IMG/VR virus record: IMGVR_UViG_3300031418_000001
Direction: 5' to 3' (one strand)
Source of the DNA: a virus
Taxonomy: Duplodnaviria > Heunggongvirae > Uroviricota > Caudoviricetes
Length of the DNA stretch: 64,000 nucleotides
Shown here: one piece after another, positions 27,804 through 36,028 of the stretch
How positions within the stretch are numbered: position 1 is the stretch's first letter
How the letters are laid out: each line of letters begins with the position of its first letter
Made by a program: the position numbers and the translations under genes
The notes under the pieces: generated by a model
What the model saw: the letters and a program-made list of their open reading frames with translations, nothing else
Databases searched by the model: none
What the model was told of the DNA's origin: nothing

Positions 27804-28035
27804 GTACATTGAACAGGATAGAGATTTATATCAGTACGTAAGAGAACATGTACAAAATAAACCGAGAGTGTACGGTACTGAAATGTACAATACTTTGTGT
27901 TCTATACTTGAACACTTTGTGAATGATGAACTAAGGTTCGATTACATATCTGATGTACTTGATGCTTTAACTGGTCAGTGTCATGTGAATTGTATTATTG
28001 GTACTGGTGATTATCACCTCGATAAAGGTAATTAA
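27781..28035 (+). CDS. hypothetical protein
   Basis: ORF in co-oriented run. Confidence 0.65.
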   Translation: MKFHQLIKYIEQDRDLYQYVREHVQNKPRVYGTEMYNTLCSILEHFVNDELRFDYISDVLDALTGQCHVNCIIGTGDYHLDKGN

Positions 28036-28036
28036 A

Positions 28037-28858
28037 ATGATTACTTGGTTAATCCAAGATACTGCGAGAATGTATTCAGCAGTTGAAAATGAAATTACAC
28101 CACTCAATAAGTTGGGTTTTCAATTCAGAACCTTTGGTGTAATTCCATTTACAAATACTATTACTGGTCTTGATGATTTAGATCCTAACGGAAAATATAT
28201 CGTTCGTGGTGGAACCAAGATTGTAGACTTGTTAAGTACTGGCGTATCTGATAATCTTTCTCCTGAGCTTATGGAAGCACTTGCTAAAGGTGTATCATAT
28301 AACAGGATGAACTTTGACCAAGCTTATTATTCTGAATTGGATTTACCATTACTGAATGCTAAACCAGAAATTCTGGATTTAAACGATGATAAGAATCTTC
28401 ATGCATCATTCAGTACTGATAAGTTTGTTAAACCAAGTTCAGATCTTAAAGCCTTTACTGGTGGAGTAATGGAAGCTGGTGAAGTACTTAAGTACTTCAT
28501 TGAAAGACATTATCACCGTTCCGGTTATGCAGAAGAAACTGCACTGGTTCATGACGTTGAAGAAATTAATTCAGAGTACCGATTCATTTGCTTAAATGGT
28601 AAAGTGCTACAGGGTTCACAGTATCGTGGTAAACATGATCTTAAACTGGATGCTAATATTCCTTCTGAAATGATGAATGCAGCAGTTCAGTACGCTACGT
28701 TATACAAGCCAAGTGATTTATACACGATGGACTTAGCTGATACTCCTAACGGTATTAAAATTGTAGAGTACAATTGCTGGAATGGTTCAGGTTTGTATGC
28801 AATGAATGTAGAAGAACTTTTCACTAAGGTTCAGGAATATTATGAAAGTAAAAGCTAA
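28037..28858 (+). CDS. ATP-grasp domain protein (DUF4343/R2K-like)
   Basis: FVKPSSDLKAFTG, EYRFICLNG, YTMDLA..IVEYNCWNGSGLY. Confidence 0.8.
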   Translation: MITWLIQDTARMYSAVENEITPLNKLGFQFRTFGVIPFTNTITGLDDLDPNGKYIVRGGTKIVDLLSTGVSDNLSPELMEALAKGVSYNRMNFDQAYYSELDLPLLNAKPEILDLNDDKNLHASFSTDKFVKPSSDLKAFTGGVMEAGEVLKYFIERHYHRSGYAEETALVHDVEEINSEYRFICLNGKVLQGSQYRGKHDLKLDANIPSEMMNAAVQYATLYKPSDLYTMDLADTPNGIKIVEYNCWNGSGLYAMNVEELFTKVQEYYESKS

Positions 28859-29048
28859 AAGTAATTTCTATAATGTATTTGGTGCTGACAGCTTTATTCA
28901 ACACTGGCCTGAAATTTTAACTACTGGTATTGAAATTAAGAAAGATTCTTCTTTTTATTATGTAATAGTGGATGGGAAGATTGCTCATGATTCAGCATTC
29001 TTTTCTGAAGAAGAATTCGAACAATGTCTTGAAATTATAAGTCAATAA
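28842..29048 (+). CDS. hypothetical protein
   Basis: ORF in co-oriented run. Confidence 0.6.
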   Translation: MKVKAKSNFYNVFGADSFIQHWPEILTTGIEIKKDSSFYYVIVDGKIAHDSAFFSEEEFEQCLEIISQ

Positions 29049-29245
29049 TTAATCTTGGTACTTTAATTTTTCCCCCACAAAAAGACGTACTGGAAGTGAC
29101 TCTTACAGATACCTCATGTTCTTGCAAGTGGGTATGTTGTTGCAAGCGGGTTTGATGCTTTGACGAAAAGAATGCATTCATTGACTGGCAGTGGTAAACC
29201 AGAGGGTACGGCCTTTACCCTAACGTAGTCGGATAGGCATACTAC

Positions 29246-29318
29246 TGTCATGTAGCACAATCGGTGGTGCGTTCGCCTGTTAAGCGAGTGGTTGCAGGTT
29301 CGAGTCCTGTCATGACAG
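29246..29318 (+). tRNA. tRNA-Asn(GUU)
   Basis: TTCGC-CT GTT AA-GCGAG. Confidence 0.92.
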
Positions 29319-29488
29319 CAAAAATAAGTACTTAGATCCGTATTAAGTACTAAAGAAATACTTTTGTATCAAGCTGTTATGAGTCGTGTAGCTTGTAAAA
29401 TTATATAAGACGATCCGCGATGCACCTTGTATGGGTCAATCCGTAATGGTTAAATACATACAGTACTGAGAGCGGCAGTACACAATAA

Positions 29489-29571
29489 GCGGCATTAGCT
29501 CAGTTGGTAGAGCACCTGATTTCCAATCAGGAGGCGTATAGTTCACACGGGTTCGAATCCTGTATGCCGCT
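29489..29571 (+). tRNA. tRNA-Gly(UCC) with a 15-nt variable region
   Basis: CCTGA-TT TCC AA-TCAGG, U73. Confidence 0.88.
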
Positions 29572-29580
29572 CAAATACTA

Positions 29581-29674
29581 TATCGGTGCAGGTTTGCATT
29601 AGGGTTCGACTCCCACTAATCCAGCGGGCTGGACACTCGGCAGAGTGTATAAGGTTCGACTCCTTAGCCGATAC
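29581..29674 (+). ncRNA. tRNA-like RNA with two T-loops
   Basis: TATCGGT/GCCGATA closing stem; two GGTTCGACTCC hairpins. Confidence 0.55.
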
Positions 29675-29701
29675 AAATTAACTTTACATAGAGAATATAA
29701 A

Positions 29702-29896
29702 ATGGTAAATTCTAAATCAACTGATAAATTAAATATCATTTGTAGTACTGCAAAAGAGATCCTTACCAGTAATCCAGAAATGCATGATAAGCTGAAATCA
29801 GTTTCCATTGTGTGGAAAGAAATTGATGGGATGGCAGTACCTGATGTTAAAATTGAATTCTATGAAAAAGGTTTAAATTTAAACAAGAGCGTTTAA
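29702..29896 (+). CDS. hypothetical protein
   Basis: Start set at ATG 29702. Confidence 0.6.
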   Translation: MVNSKSTDKLNIICSTAKEILTSNPEMHDKLKSVSIVWKEIDGMAVPDVKIEFYEKGLNLNKSV

Positions 29897-29904
29897 ATAA
29901 AAGT

Positions 29905-30073
29905 TTTGAGTACTTGTGTTCGCTTAGTCGCAGAGAATTACACTGATTCACGGTAATAGCAGTCGGCACGGCAACCATAAGCCCTGGCAATATAGTACTT
30001 AATAGTGTTGTACTATATCAAGAGCAGTCTATGATGTGGGTTCGAATCCCAACCAGTGACACAAGTGCCCAAA
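29905..30073 (+). ncRNA. ~165-nt tRNA-like RNA B (paralogue of 26996..27160)
   Basis: Long closing stem, ATATAGTAC/GTACTATAT hairpin, CTATGA, TGGG-TTCGAAT-CCCA. Confidence 0.6.
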
Positions 30074-30156
30074 TATTAGTACTCTTAGGTGAAGACGCAG
30101 TAGGAAGTTAAAGCCCGTCATAATCTGATAGAAGTAATCTAAGAGTACTAATATTT
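30071..30156. repeat. 18-bp perfect inverted repeat around ~50 nt
   Basis: AAATATTAGTACTCTTAG ... CTAAGAGTACTAATATTT. Confidence 0.8.
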
Positions 30157-30166
30157 AAAAACTTAT

Positions 30167-30240
30167 GGGGTAGTAAGCTAATGGTAAACTGGCCGCTTGT
30201 TTAGCGGTATTTCCCTGTTCGATTCAGGGCTATCCCGCCA
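30167..30240 (+). tRNA. atypical tRNA with GUU anticodon (second Asn, U37)
   Basis: GCCGC-TT GTT TA-GCGGT, G73, CCA. Confidence 0.8.
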
Positions 30241-30256
30241 ATATTAAAGGTTCAAT

Positions 30257-30475
30257 ATGAGTACTAAAGTTACATTACATGTATCTAATGAAGATATGGA
30301 TTATGCACATTCAGTTTGGGATGCAGCAGAAGTCGCACTTCAGGCAGTAAATGAAGTATTGAAAGAAAAAGGTATTGATATTGAATTCAATGTGGAAAAT
30401 CATGGTTGTATTCAAGATGTTCCTGCTGAATTCTATGGCGAAAATGGTGAATGGATAGAGGTAAAAGAACTATGA
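30257..30475 (+). CDS. hypothetical protein
   Basis: ORF between tRNAs. Confidence 0.65.
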   Translation: MSTKVTLHVSNEDMDYAHSVWDAAEVALQAVNEVLKEKGIDIEFNVENHGCIQDVPAEFYGENGEWIEVKEL

Positions 30476-30631
30476 ATAAACCAGATTTTAGTATTCATGA
30501 TATGCTTGGTGAGATTAAACCATTTTCAAGAGAAGACCTGGAAATCTTACGTACTCATGAAGAAATGCATCGTCTGATGCAATTGGCAAAACGTTTCCCT
30601 GTGGAAATGAAGAAAAAGAATTAAGTACTAT

Positions 30632-30704
30632 GGGATAATAGCTCAGTTGGTAGAGCATCTGATTGAAGATCAGAGTGTCGGGGGTTCGACTCCCTCTTAT
30701 CCCA
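30632..30704 (+). tRNA. tRNA-Phe(GAA)
   Basis: TCTGA-TT GAA GA-TCAGA. Confidence 0.92.
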
Positions 30705-30892
30705 CAAACAGAACGAATGTATCCAGCACTGATAAAACTTATAGTGTGGTGTAGTGAACCCGTGTATGCAGTGTAGCTTTAATATAATTAAGCAGTTACG
30801 TTTCCATTGCTTAGAGATCACACCTCTAAGTACTCACTATGGATAAAAAAAGCAGTACTAATATCTTTGGATAGGGTGTTAGTACTAACTTT

Positions 30893-30965
30893 GGGTTGTT
30901 AGCTCAGTTGGTAGAGCAAGATACTTTTAATATCGAGGTCACAGGTTCAAGCCCTGTACAGCCCA
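30893..30965 (+). tRNA. tRNA-Lys(UUU)
   Basis: GATA-CT TTT AA-TATC. Confidence 0.92.
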
Positions 30966-30993
30966 CAAACTATAATAAATTGAGTACCAAATA

Positions 30994-31482
30994 ATGAATT
31001 CATCAGAAATTAAACAATTCAAAGTTGCTTTGAAAATGTTTTATGATAATCCTGAACGATTGAATAAACTTTATACTTTAAACCAGTTGAAGTTGTGTAA
31101 ATCTGGCACATTTGTTCTTTCACATATTTTATCAGATTCAGTTGATAAAATTGATAAAGAGATAATGAGCGATAGTGTCATTTTGGCTTTAGAAATCCAC
31201 GAACATGAAATGTATTTAAGAACAGTTATTACTGGTGATTTCTATAATGAATTACGTCAGAGATACCTTAGAGTACTGAATGTCAGAGCCATGAATAATG
31301 AAAATAATCCAACATCATCAAGTCATTTAGTATGGATGTTATTACAATTAGGTTCTGGTGAAATGTCTGAAACCAAGAAACATCGTTGGTTAGGATATAT
31401 TCAGGGTTGTATGGTAATGAAGAATTTTATTACTGTACAAGAAGAAAGAGATTTGACACGTGGTGTTTTCAACGGAAAATAA
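30994..31482 (+). CDS. hypothetical phage protein
   Basis: C-terminal HLVWML..KKHRWLGYIQG motif. Confidence 0.7.
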   Translation: MNSSEIKQFKVALKMFYDNPERLNKLYTLNQLKLCKSGTFVLSHILSDSVDKIDKEIMSDSVILALEIHEHEMYLRTVITGDFYNELRQRYLRVLNVRAMNNENNPTSSSHLVWMLLQLGSGEMSETKKHRWLGYIQGCMVMKNFITVQEERDLTRGVFNGK

Positions 31483-31483
31483 A

Positions 31484-31891
31484 ATGAATACTTTAATTGA
31501 TAGTTGGATGAAGAATGTGAAAACTTATCCACCTGCTGAGATTTTCTTTGAGAAGTACGGTAAAGACGCAAAAGCTGAAGAACGTATTAAAACAGTGTGT
31601 GAAGAAGTATATCGCTTCTGCTTCCCTGAAAGTACAAAGAATCCATTAGGTGATCTTGGTGCGTCCTATCGTGAATTAGAAGTAGCGTATAAAATTGGTT
31701 TTGAAGGTATGAAACCGGAGTATATTACAAAGGTTAAAGATGCTTTCTTGGAAGATGCTAAGTATGCAGTTAAAGCACTTGACGAATTATTCAAGAAAGA
31801 CCAGATTCTTCAACAATATTATTCTTCCTGGAAAATTAAGTACCAAGATATTAGTACTGAAGTTTATAATATGACTAAAAATTATATTTAA
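31484..31891 (+). CDS. hypothetical protein
   Basis: Start set at ATG 31484. Confidence 0.7.
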   Translation: MNTLIDSWMKNVKTYPPAEIFFEKYGKDAKAEERIKTVCEEVYRFCFPESTKNPLGDLGASYRELEVAYKIGFEGMKPEYITKVKDAFLEDAKYAVKALDELFKKDQILQQYYSSWKIKYQDISTEVYNMTKNYI

Positions 31892-31896
31892 AAAAT

Positions 31897-31926
31897 GTGA
31901 AACAAATACAAATTATGTCCTATACT
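31897..31926 (+). promoter_or_regulatory. TGAAAC/TATACT-class promoter
   Basis: GTGAAACAAATAC...TGTCCTATACT. Confidence 0.7.
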
Positions 31927-31949
31927 TATAGTATAAGATAAAGAAATAC

Positions 31950-32024
31950 GGTTCCATCGTTTAGCGGCTATGATACTCCCCTGTCACGGGAGAGACGCGG
32001 GTTCGATTCCCGCTGGAACCGCCA
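31950..32024 (+). tRNA. tRNA-Asp(GUC)
   Basis: CTCCC-CT GTC AC-GGGAG, CCA. Confidence 0.95.
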
Positions 32025-32028
32025 ATTT

Positions 32029-32120
32029 GGTGAGGTGGCAGAGCTTGGCTTATTGCACTGGTCTTGAAAACCAGCGGAGGTTAACCCCTTCCGAGAGTTC
32101 GAATCTCTCCCTCACCGCCA
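32029..32120 (+). tRNA. tRNA-Ser(UGA)
   Basis: CTGGT-CT TGA AA-ACCAG, long variable arm, CCA. Confidence 0.95.
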
Positions 32121-32125
32121 TATTA

Positions 32126-32191
32126 TGGATTCCCGCAGCAAACCATTATGAAATAGACTTTTAATCTAAACCTTCAAAAAATGGAATCCAG
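32126..32191 (+). ncRNA. CAGCAA-family RNA 5 (Lys-UUU anticodon-loop mimic)
   Basis: TGGATTCC/GGAATCCA, CAGCAA, TAGA-CTTTTAA-TCTA. Confidence 0.75.
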
Positions 32192-32222
32192 CTAAATTAC
32201 GTGAGTTATCACAACTGAATTA

Positions 32223-32289
32223 AAGAATCCCGCAGCAAACCCCAAATGAAAAAGACTTTTAATCTTATACTTCAATAAATGGATTCTTG
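32223..32289 (+). ncRNA. CAGCAA-family RNA 6 (Lys-UUU anticodon-loop mimic)
   Basis: AAGAATCC/GGATTCTT, CAGCAA, AAGA-CTTTTAA-TCTT. Confidence 0.75.
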
Positions 32290-32589
32290 TTAATTTTAAG
32301 GTACTAAAAAATGGACGATTCTTACTGGTTACTGCTGTTAATTATTGTAGTAATTATTCTGTTATAAGGTATTAATATGAGTATCTTATTAGCTATTTCT
32401 ATATTAATCCTTGCTTGTATTGCAATAGGATTCTATATTGATTGATGAAAATGTCCGAGGATTTATAGAATGATTAGTGTATTAGTAATTTTTGGTAGTA
32501 TTGTAGTAATGACATTCAGTGCAGGTATTGCAGCAGTTGTTGGGTACTGGATGGTGAAGAAACTTGCCGACTTACTTGGTAAGTAATAT

Positions 32590-32661
32590 TGGGAATTATT
32601 TCAGTGGTAGAAAGCACAACTGATAATTGTGAGGTCGCTGGTTCGAATCCAGCATTCCCAA
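32590..32661 (+). tRNA. tRNA-Ile(GAU)
   Basis: CACAA-CT GAT AA-TTGTG. Confidence 0.92.
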
Positions 32662-32694
32662 CTAATTTTAACAATAACTAAGAATCCAAACAAT

Positions 32695-33360
32695 ATGTCA
32701 AAAGATAAAGAAGTTAAGTACTCAACTGTGAAATATAACTCTTTAACCATTTTTAATAACCCGAGCTTTGCTACACATACAATTGCTGGTGCTATTAATG
32801 ATACATCCTTTAAAGACTTTCGTGATTTTTTGAATAAAGTATTCGAACATAATCAGAAAATTGATGAAGATGATCGTGAGTTCAAAGAGAAAGAAGCGTT
32901 TAATAAGATCCATGATCCAGAAGCTAAACCAACTTTCCGTAGTACTAAAACCAAAATCGAACGTATCAACCTTATCGTTGATAGTCGTGGTGGTTCATGT
33001 TCTTCAATGACTAACATTGTTGCTCTCATGAATGCATCACCTATTCCGATTGATACTTACTGTTTCGGTGCTGCAATGAGTGCAGGCTTCATGATCTTTA
33101 TCCACGGTAAACGTCGCTATATCGACGGTACAGTAGACCTTATGACGCATAGTTTAAGTACTATGGTATGGGACGATGCACCGAGCATTAAGCGTTATAC
33201 TGACCATATTGTTCGTTTGAATGATATCTATCAGCAGATGATCGCAGATAAAACTGGTCTGACCCTGGAATGGATTAAACAAAACGAAGAACGAGATATT
33301 CACTTTATTGCTGAAGAAGCACTTAAGTCTAAAATCGCTGATGTTTTGGTAGTTAATTAA
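32695..33360 (+). CDS. ClpP-like serine protease
   Basis: INLIVDSRGG, GAAMSAG (Ser), LMTHS (His), RDIHFIAEEAL..IAD; start ATG 32695 after the tRNA. Confidence 0.88.
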   Translation: MSKDKEVKYSTVKYNSLTIFNNPSFATHTIAGAINDTSFKDFRDFLNKVFEHNQKIDEDDREFKEKEAFNKIHDPEAKPTFRSTKTKIERINLIVDSRGGSCSSMTNIVALMNASPIPIDTYCFGAAMSAGFMIFIHGKRRYIDGTVDLMTHSLSTMVWDDAPSIKRYTDHIVRLNDIYQQMIADKTGLTLEWIKQNEERDIHFIAEEALKSKIADVLVVN

Positions 33361-33370
33361 TAAAAGAATT

Positions 33371-33500
33371 TGGAATTAAACAGCAAAAACTTTATAATGG
33401 GAACAATTGGTCGAAGGTTCGAATCCTTCTCTCCCGACCATTTCTGACGGGAGATAGCTCAGTGGTAGAGCACTTGTATATAAAACAAAATTAATTCCAG
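33371..33500 (+). ncRNA. CAGCAA-family RNA 7 with a circularly permuted tRNA module (YrlA-like architecture)
   Basis: TGGAATTAA/TTAATTCCA, CAGCAA; T arm, then TCTCCCG-loop-CGGGAGA acceptor stem, then GCTC-AGTGGTA-GAGC D arm. Confidence 0.8.
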
Positions 33501-33518
33501 TTAAATTCAGGTACAAAA

Positions 33519-33902
33519 ATGAATACTATTGAAGCAATTAACATTGTTCATGATAATCTCACTAATGGTATGTTATATCCTTATTACTTCAGATATGATC
33601 AACCACCTGTAGTAGCATTTAAGTACTGCCATCCTACTGAACTTGATAAGTACGTTTATGTACTTCCTCCTATGTGTACTTCTCGTATCGTATGGACTTC
33701 ATTCAGTAAAGATGACGGCGTTATTATTGAACGCAAAAATAACAGACATGTCTGGTATAATAATGGTGATACAATCACTATTCCTAAGATTGATGCAAGC
33801 AATGATAAGTGGTTTAACTTTTCAGTACGTTTCAATCTTACTAAAGAACTGTACCAGAAGTACCTTGATATTTTGAAACATGCTGAGAAACTTACACCAT
33901 GA
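33519..33902 (+). CDS. FN-motif paralogue family protein
   Basis: SNDKWFNFSVRF. Confidence 0.75.
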   Translation: MNTIEAINIVHDNLTNGMLYPYYFRYDQPPVVAFKYCHPTELDKYVYVLPPMCTSRIVWTSFSKDDGVIIERKNNRHVWYNNGDTITIPKIDASNDKWFNFSVRFNLTKELYQKYLDILKHAEKLTP

Positions 33903-34312
33903 ATAATTTCAAACTTACTTATGGTGAAGTACTTCAACTTTTGGTTGATAACCTTGATAGTACACAATTCTTATCTCATTTAGATGATGAGGATGATTGT
34001 GACGATGAAGGTGAAGCGTATTGGCTATGCTACCATTATAAAGATTATGAAATTAATTTTTATTTGGAAGATTTTACGTACTACAGTACATCAGATGGTA
34101 AAAATCCTTATTCATGTTTCAGACCATGTTTCAGTACTCGAAAGGGCAAACACAGTTATCTTAATATCGGTATACCTTGTGCTACTGACATTCCTAAAAC
34201 AAAAGAGGAATGGTTTAACTTCGGTCTTATATATCAAGAGACAAAAGCTGATTTCGAAAACTATCTTAAATTAGTGGAACATCTTAATAATGAGAAGAAT
34301 AAGCTACGGTGA
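33899..34312 (+). CDS. FN-motif paralogue family protein
   Basis: IPKTKEEWFNFGLIY. Confidence 0.8.
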   Translation: MNNFKLTYGEVLQLLVDNLDSTQFLSHLDDEDDCDDEGEAYWLCYHYKDYEINFYLEDFTYYSTSDGKNPYSCFRPCFSTRKGKHSYLNIGIPCATDIPKTKEEWFNFGLIYQETKADFENYLKLVEHLNNEKNKLR

Positions 34313-34637
34313 ACTACTTCGAATTATAGTACAGAATCTTGATAATCATTATTATCAGTTCGATAAGTTCACTATTGAGTACGAACAGTACAAGATAAGT
34401 TATGACCTTCGTGATTCAGTGTTGTATTACCGTTATCAAAATACGGTAGTTGATAGTTTTTGCTACTTCTTTGAATATGCAGAAGGTGAATTTTATTACA
34501 TCAGAGATAATAGTCAAACCATTCCAGTACCACAAACTAAAGAAGACTGGTTTATGTTTGCTATAGAGAATGAGCAAACTAAAGAGGATTTTGATAACTT
34601 AATTAAGATTCATGAATATGCCAAAAACATCAAATAA
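34290..34637 (+). CDS. FN-motif paralogue family protein
   Basis: VPQTKEDWFMFAIE. Confidence 0.8.
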   Translation: MRRISYGELLRIIVQNLDNHYYQFDKFTIEYEQYKISYDLRDSVLYYRYQNTVVDSFCYFFEYAEGEFYYIRDNSQTIPVPQTKEDWFMFAIENEQTKEDFDNLIKIHEYAKNIK

Positions 34638-35058
34638 TTGTCTAAGCTATGAACAAATTCTTGAGTACGTAAGTAATAATCTTGACCTTATTAAACCGTT
34701 CGTTCTTGATGATGTTGTTGAACTTTGTAGTAAAGTAGATGAACACTTCATGAAAATTAGAATTGATGTAACATATTCAAAGTTTCATGTTCTGTATTTT
34801 ATTGATGAATGTTATAATATTACTAATAATATAGAAGTTTTTAAAAAGTTCATTAAGAAACATGATAATTATTACTACTCTGAACTTCCAGCTAAAAGAA
34901 CTCCATATGAAGTTATTGATTCTGAAATTCTGTTGGATATTCCTCAGACAAAAGATGAATGGTTTAATCTTCTTATGACTGATGATTTGTCACAAGAATA
35001 CTTTCTTAAATTCAAAGAGATAATTGTGCACTGTGAAAAGTTACTCGGATTTGCTTAA
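34612..35058 (+). CDS. FN-motif paralogue family protein
   Basis: IPQTKDEWFNLLMT. Confidence 0.8.
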   Translation: MNMPKTSNNCLSYEQILEYVSNNLDLIKPFVLDDVVELCSKVDEHFMKIRIDVTYSKFHVLYFIDECYNITNNIEVFKKFIKKHDNYYYSELPAKRTPYEVIDSEILLDIPQTKDEWFNLLMTDDLSQEYFLKFKEIIVHCEKLLGFA

Positions 35059-35368
35059 AGATATTAAGAAAGATATAAAAAGAAAAACTCATTATCGTGT
35101 TTTTTTGGGTTCTCATGATATTATCGTTTTTACTGTTGCTCTTAATTCATTTAATGGAAACAGGGTTACTAAAGTACCTAAATTAGCAGGTACATTGCGG
35201 TTTGAATCCGATAATAAAGTCTATTACCACTTAGATGATTCGGGTGATAATATTAGAGAACTTCCAGAAGAAAAAGATGAGTTGTTTAACTTCATGGTTT
35301 TCACTGGATTAACTCAAGAAGACATTGATATATTTTGCGAAATTGTAGATTTATATTATGAAAATTAA
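35024..35368 (+). CDS. FN-motif paralogue family protein
   Basis: LPEEKDELFNFMVF. Confidence 0.75.
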   Translation: MCTVKSYSDLLKDIKKDIKRKTHYRVFLGSHDIIVFTVALNSFNGNRVTKVPKLAGTLRFESDNKVYYHLDDSGDNIRELPEEKDELFNFMVFTGLTQEDIDIFCEIVDLYYEN

Positions 35369-35684
35369 TGAAGTACTTGATAGAATAAAAGTGCAGTTAG
35401 ATACAAATCAACCAATACGACGAACATCAGGTAGACATTACATGTTGTTCGAATATGATGTTGTATTTGATGGTTCATCATTTATTCAATCAACATTGGA
35501 AGATTCATTGTGTCATGATAGTTATAAAAATTTGTTGGTATATTTTCCTGACATGAAAAGATACAACAATATAGTAGTACCAGAAAATGATAAAACAGAA
35601 ATGTTTAATTTTCTGATAAGCAACAACTTGAGTACTGATAACATTGAAACGATGCATAGAGTACTTAAGATTTATTACACATAG
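35358..35684 (+). CDS. FN-motif paralogue family protein
   Basis: VPENDKTEMFNFLIS. Confidence 0.75.
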   Translation: MKINEVLDRIKVQLDTNQPIRRTSGRHYMLFEYDVVFDGSSFIQSTLEDSLCHDSYKNLLVYFPDMKRYNNIVVPENDKTEMFNFLISNNLSTDNIETMHRVLKIYYT

Positions 35685-35694
35685 TATTAATATT

Positions 35695-35766
35695 CTCCGG
35701 TTGGGTCATGGGTTGATCGCTTGTTTTGGGAACAAGAATAAGGAAGTTCGAGTCTTTCACTGGAGA
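35695..35766 (+). tRNA. tRNA-Pro(UGG)
   Basis: CTTGT-TT TGG GA-ACAAG. Confidence 0.85.
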
Positions 35767-35785
35767 CAAATAATAAGGACATATT

Positions 35786-36028
35786 ATGAACACATTAAAA
35801 GAAATGGTTCAAGGCGGTAAAGTAGTTAAATTTCAGTACTATCAGGAACACGAGTTATGGTACAGTACTGAATGTGGATTTATGTTTCCTGTGCCATTAG
35901 ATGATACGGGAAATGCTGTGTTTAAGAATGAAGACAAGGCATCTTTCTTTATGCGTTGGATTCGCAAGCATATTGATTACATTAAAAAAGCACAACAAAA
36001 TGAAAACAGTACTGGAACAGAAAGCTGA
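35786..36028 (+). CDS. hypothetical phage protein
   Basis: AAGGA RBS; FPVPLDDTGNAVF..DKA..FMRWIRK. Confidence 0.7.
   Translation: MNTLKEMVQGGKVVKFQYYQEHELWYSTECGFMFPVPLDDTGNAVFKNEDKASFFMRWIRKHIDYIKKAQQNENSTGTES

Noticed and set aside
30071-30156. Hammerhead ribozyme inside the inverted repeat
   Set aside because: CTGATAGA and GAAG deviate from the conserved core and stem I cannot be formed
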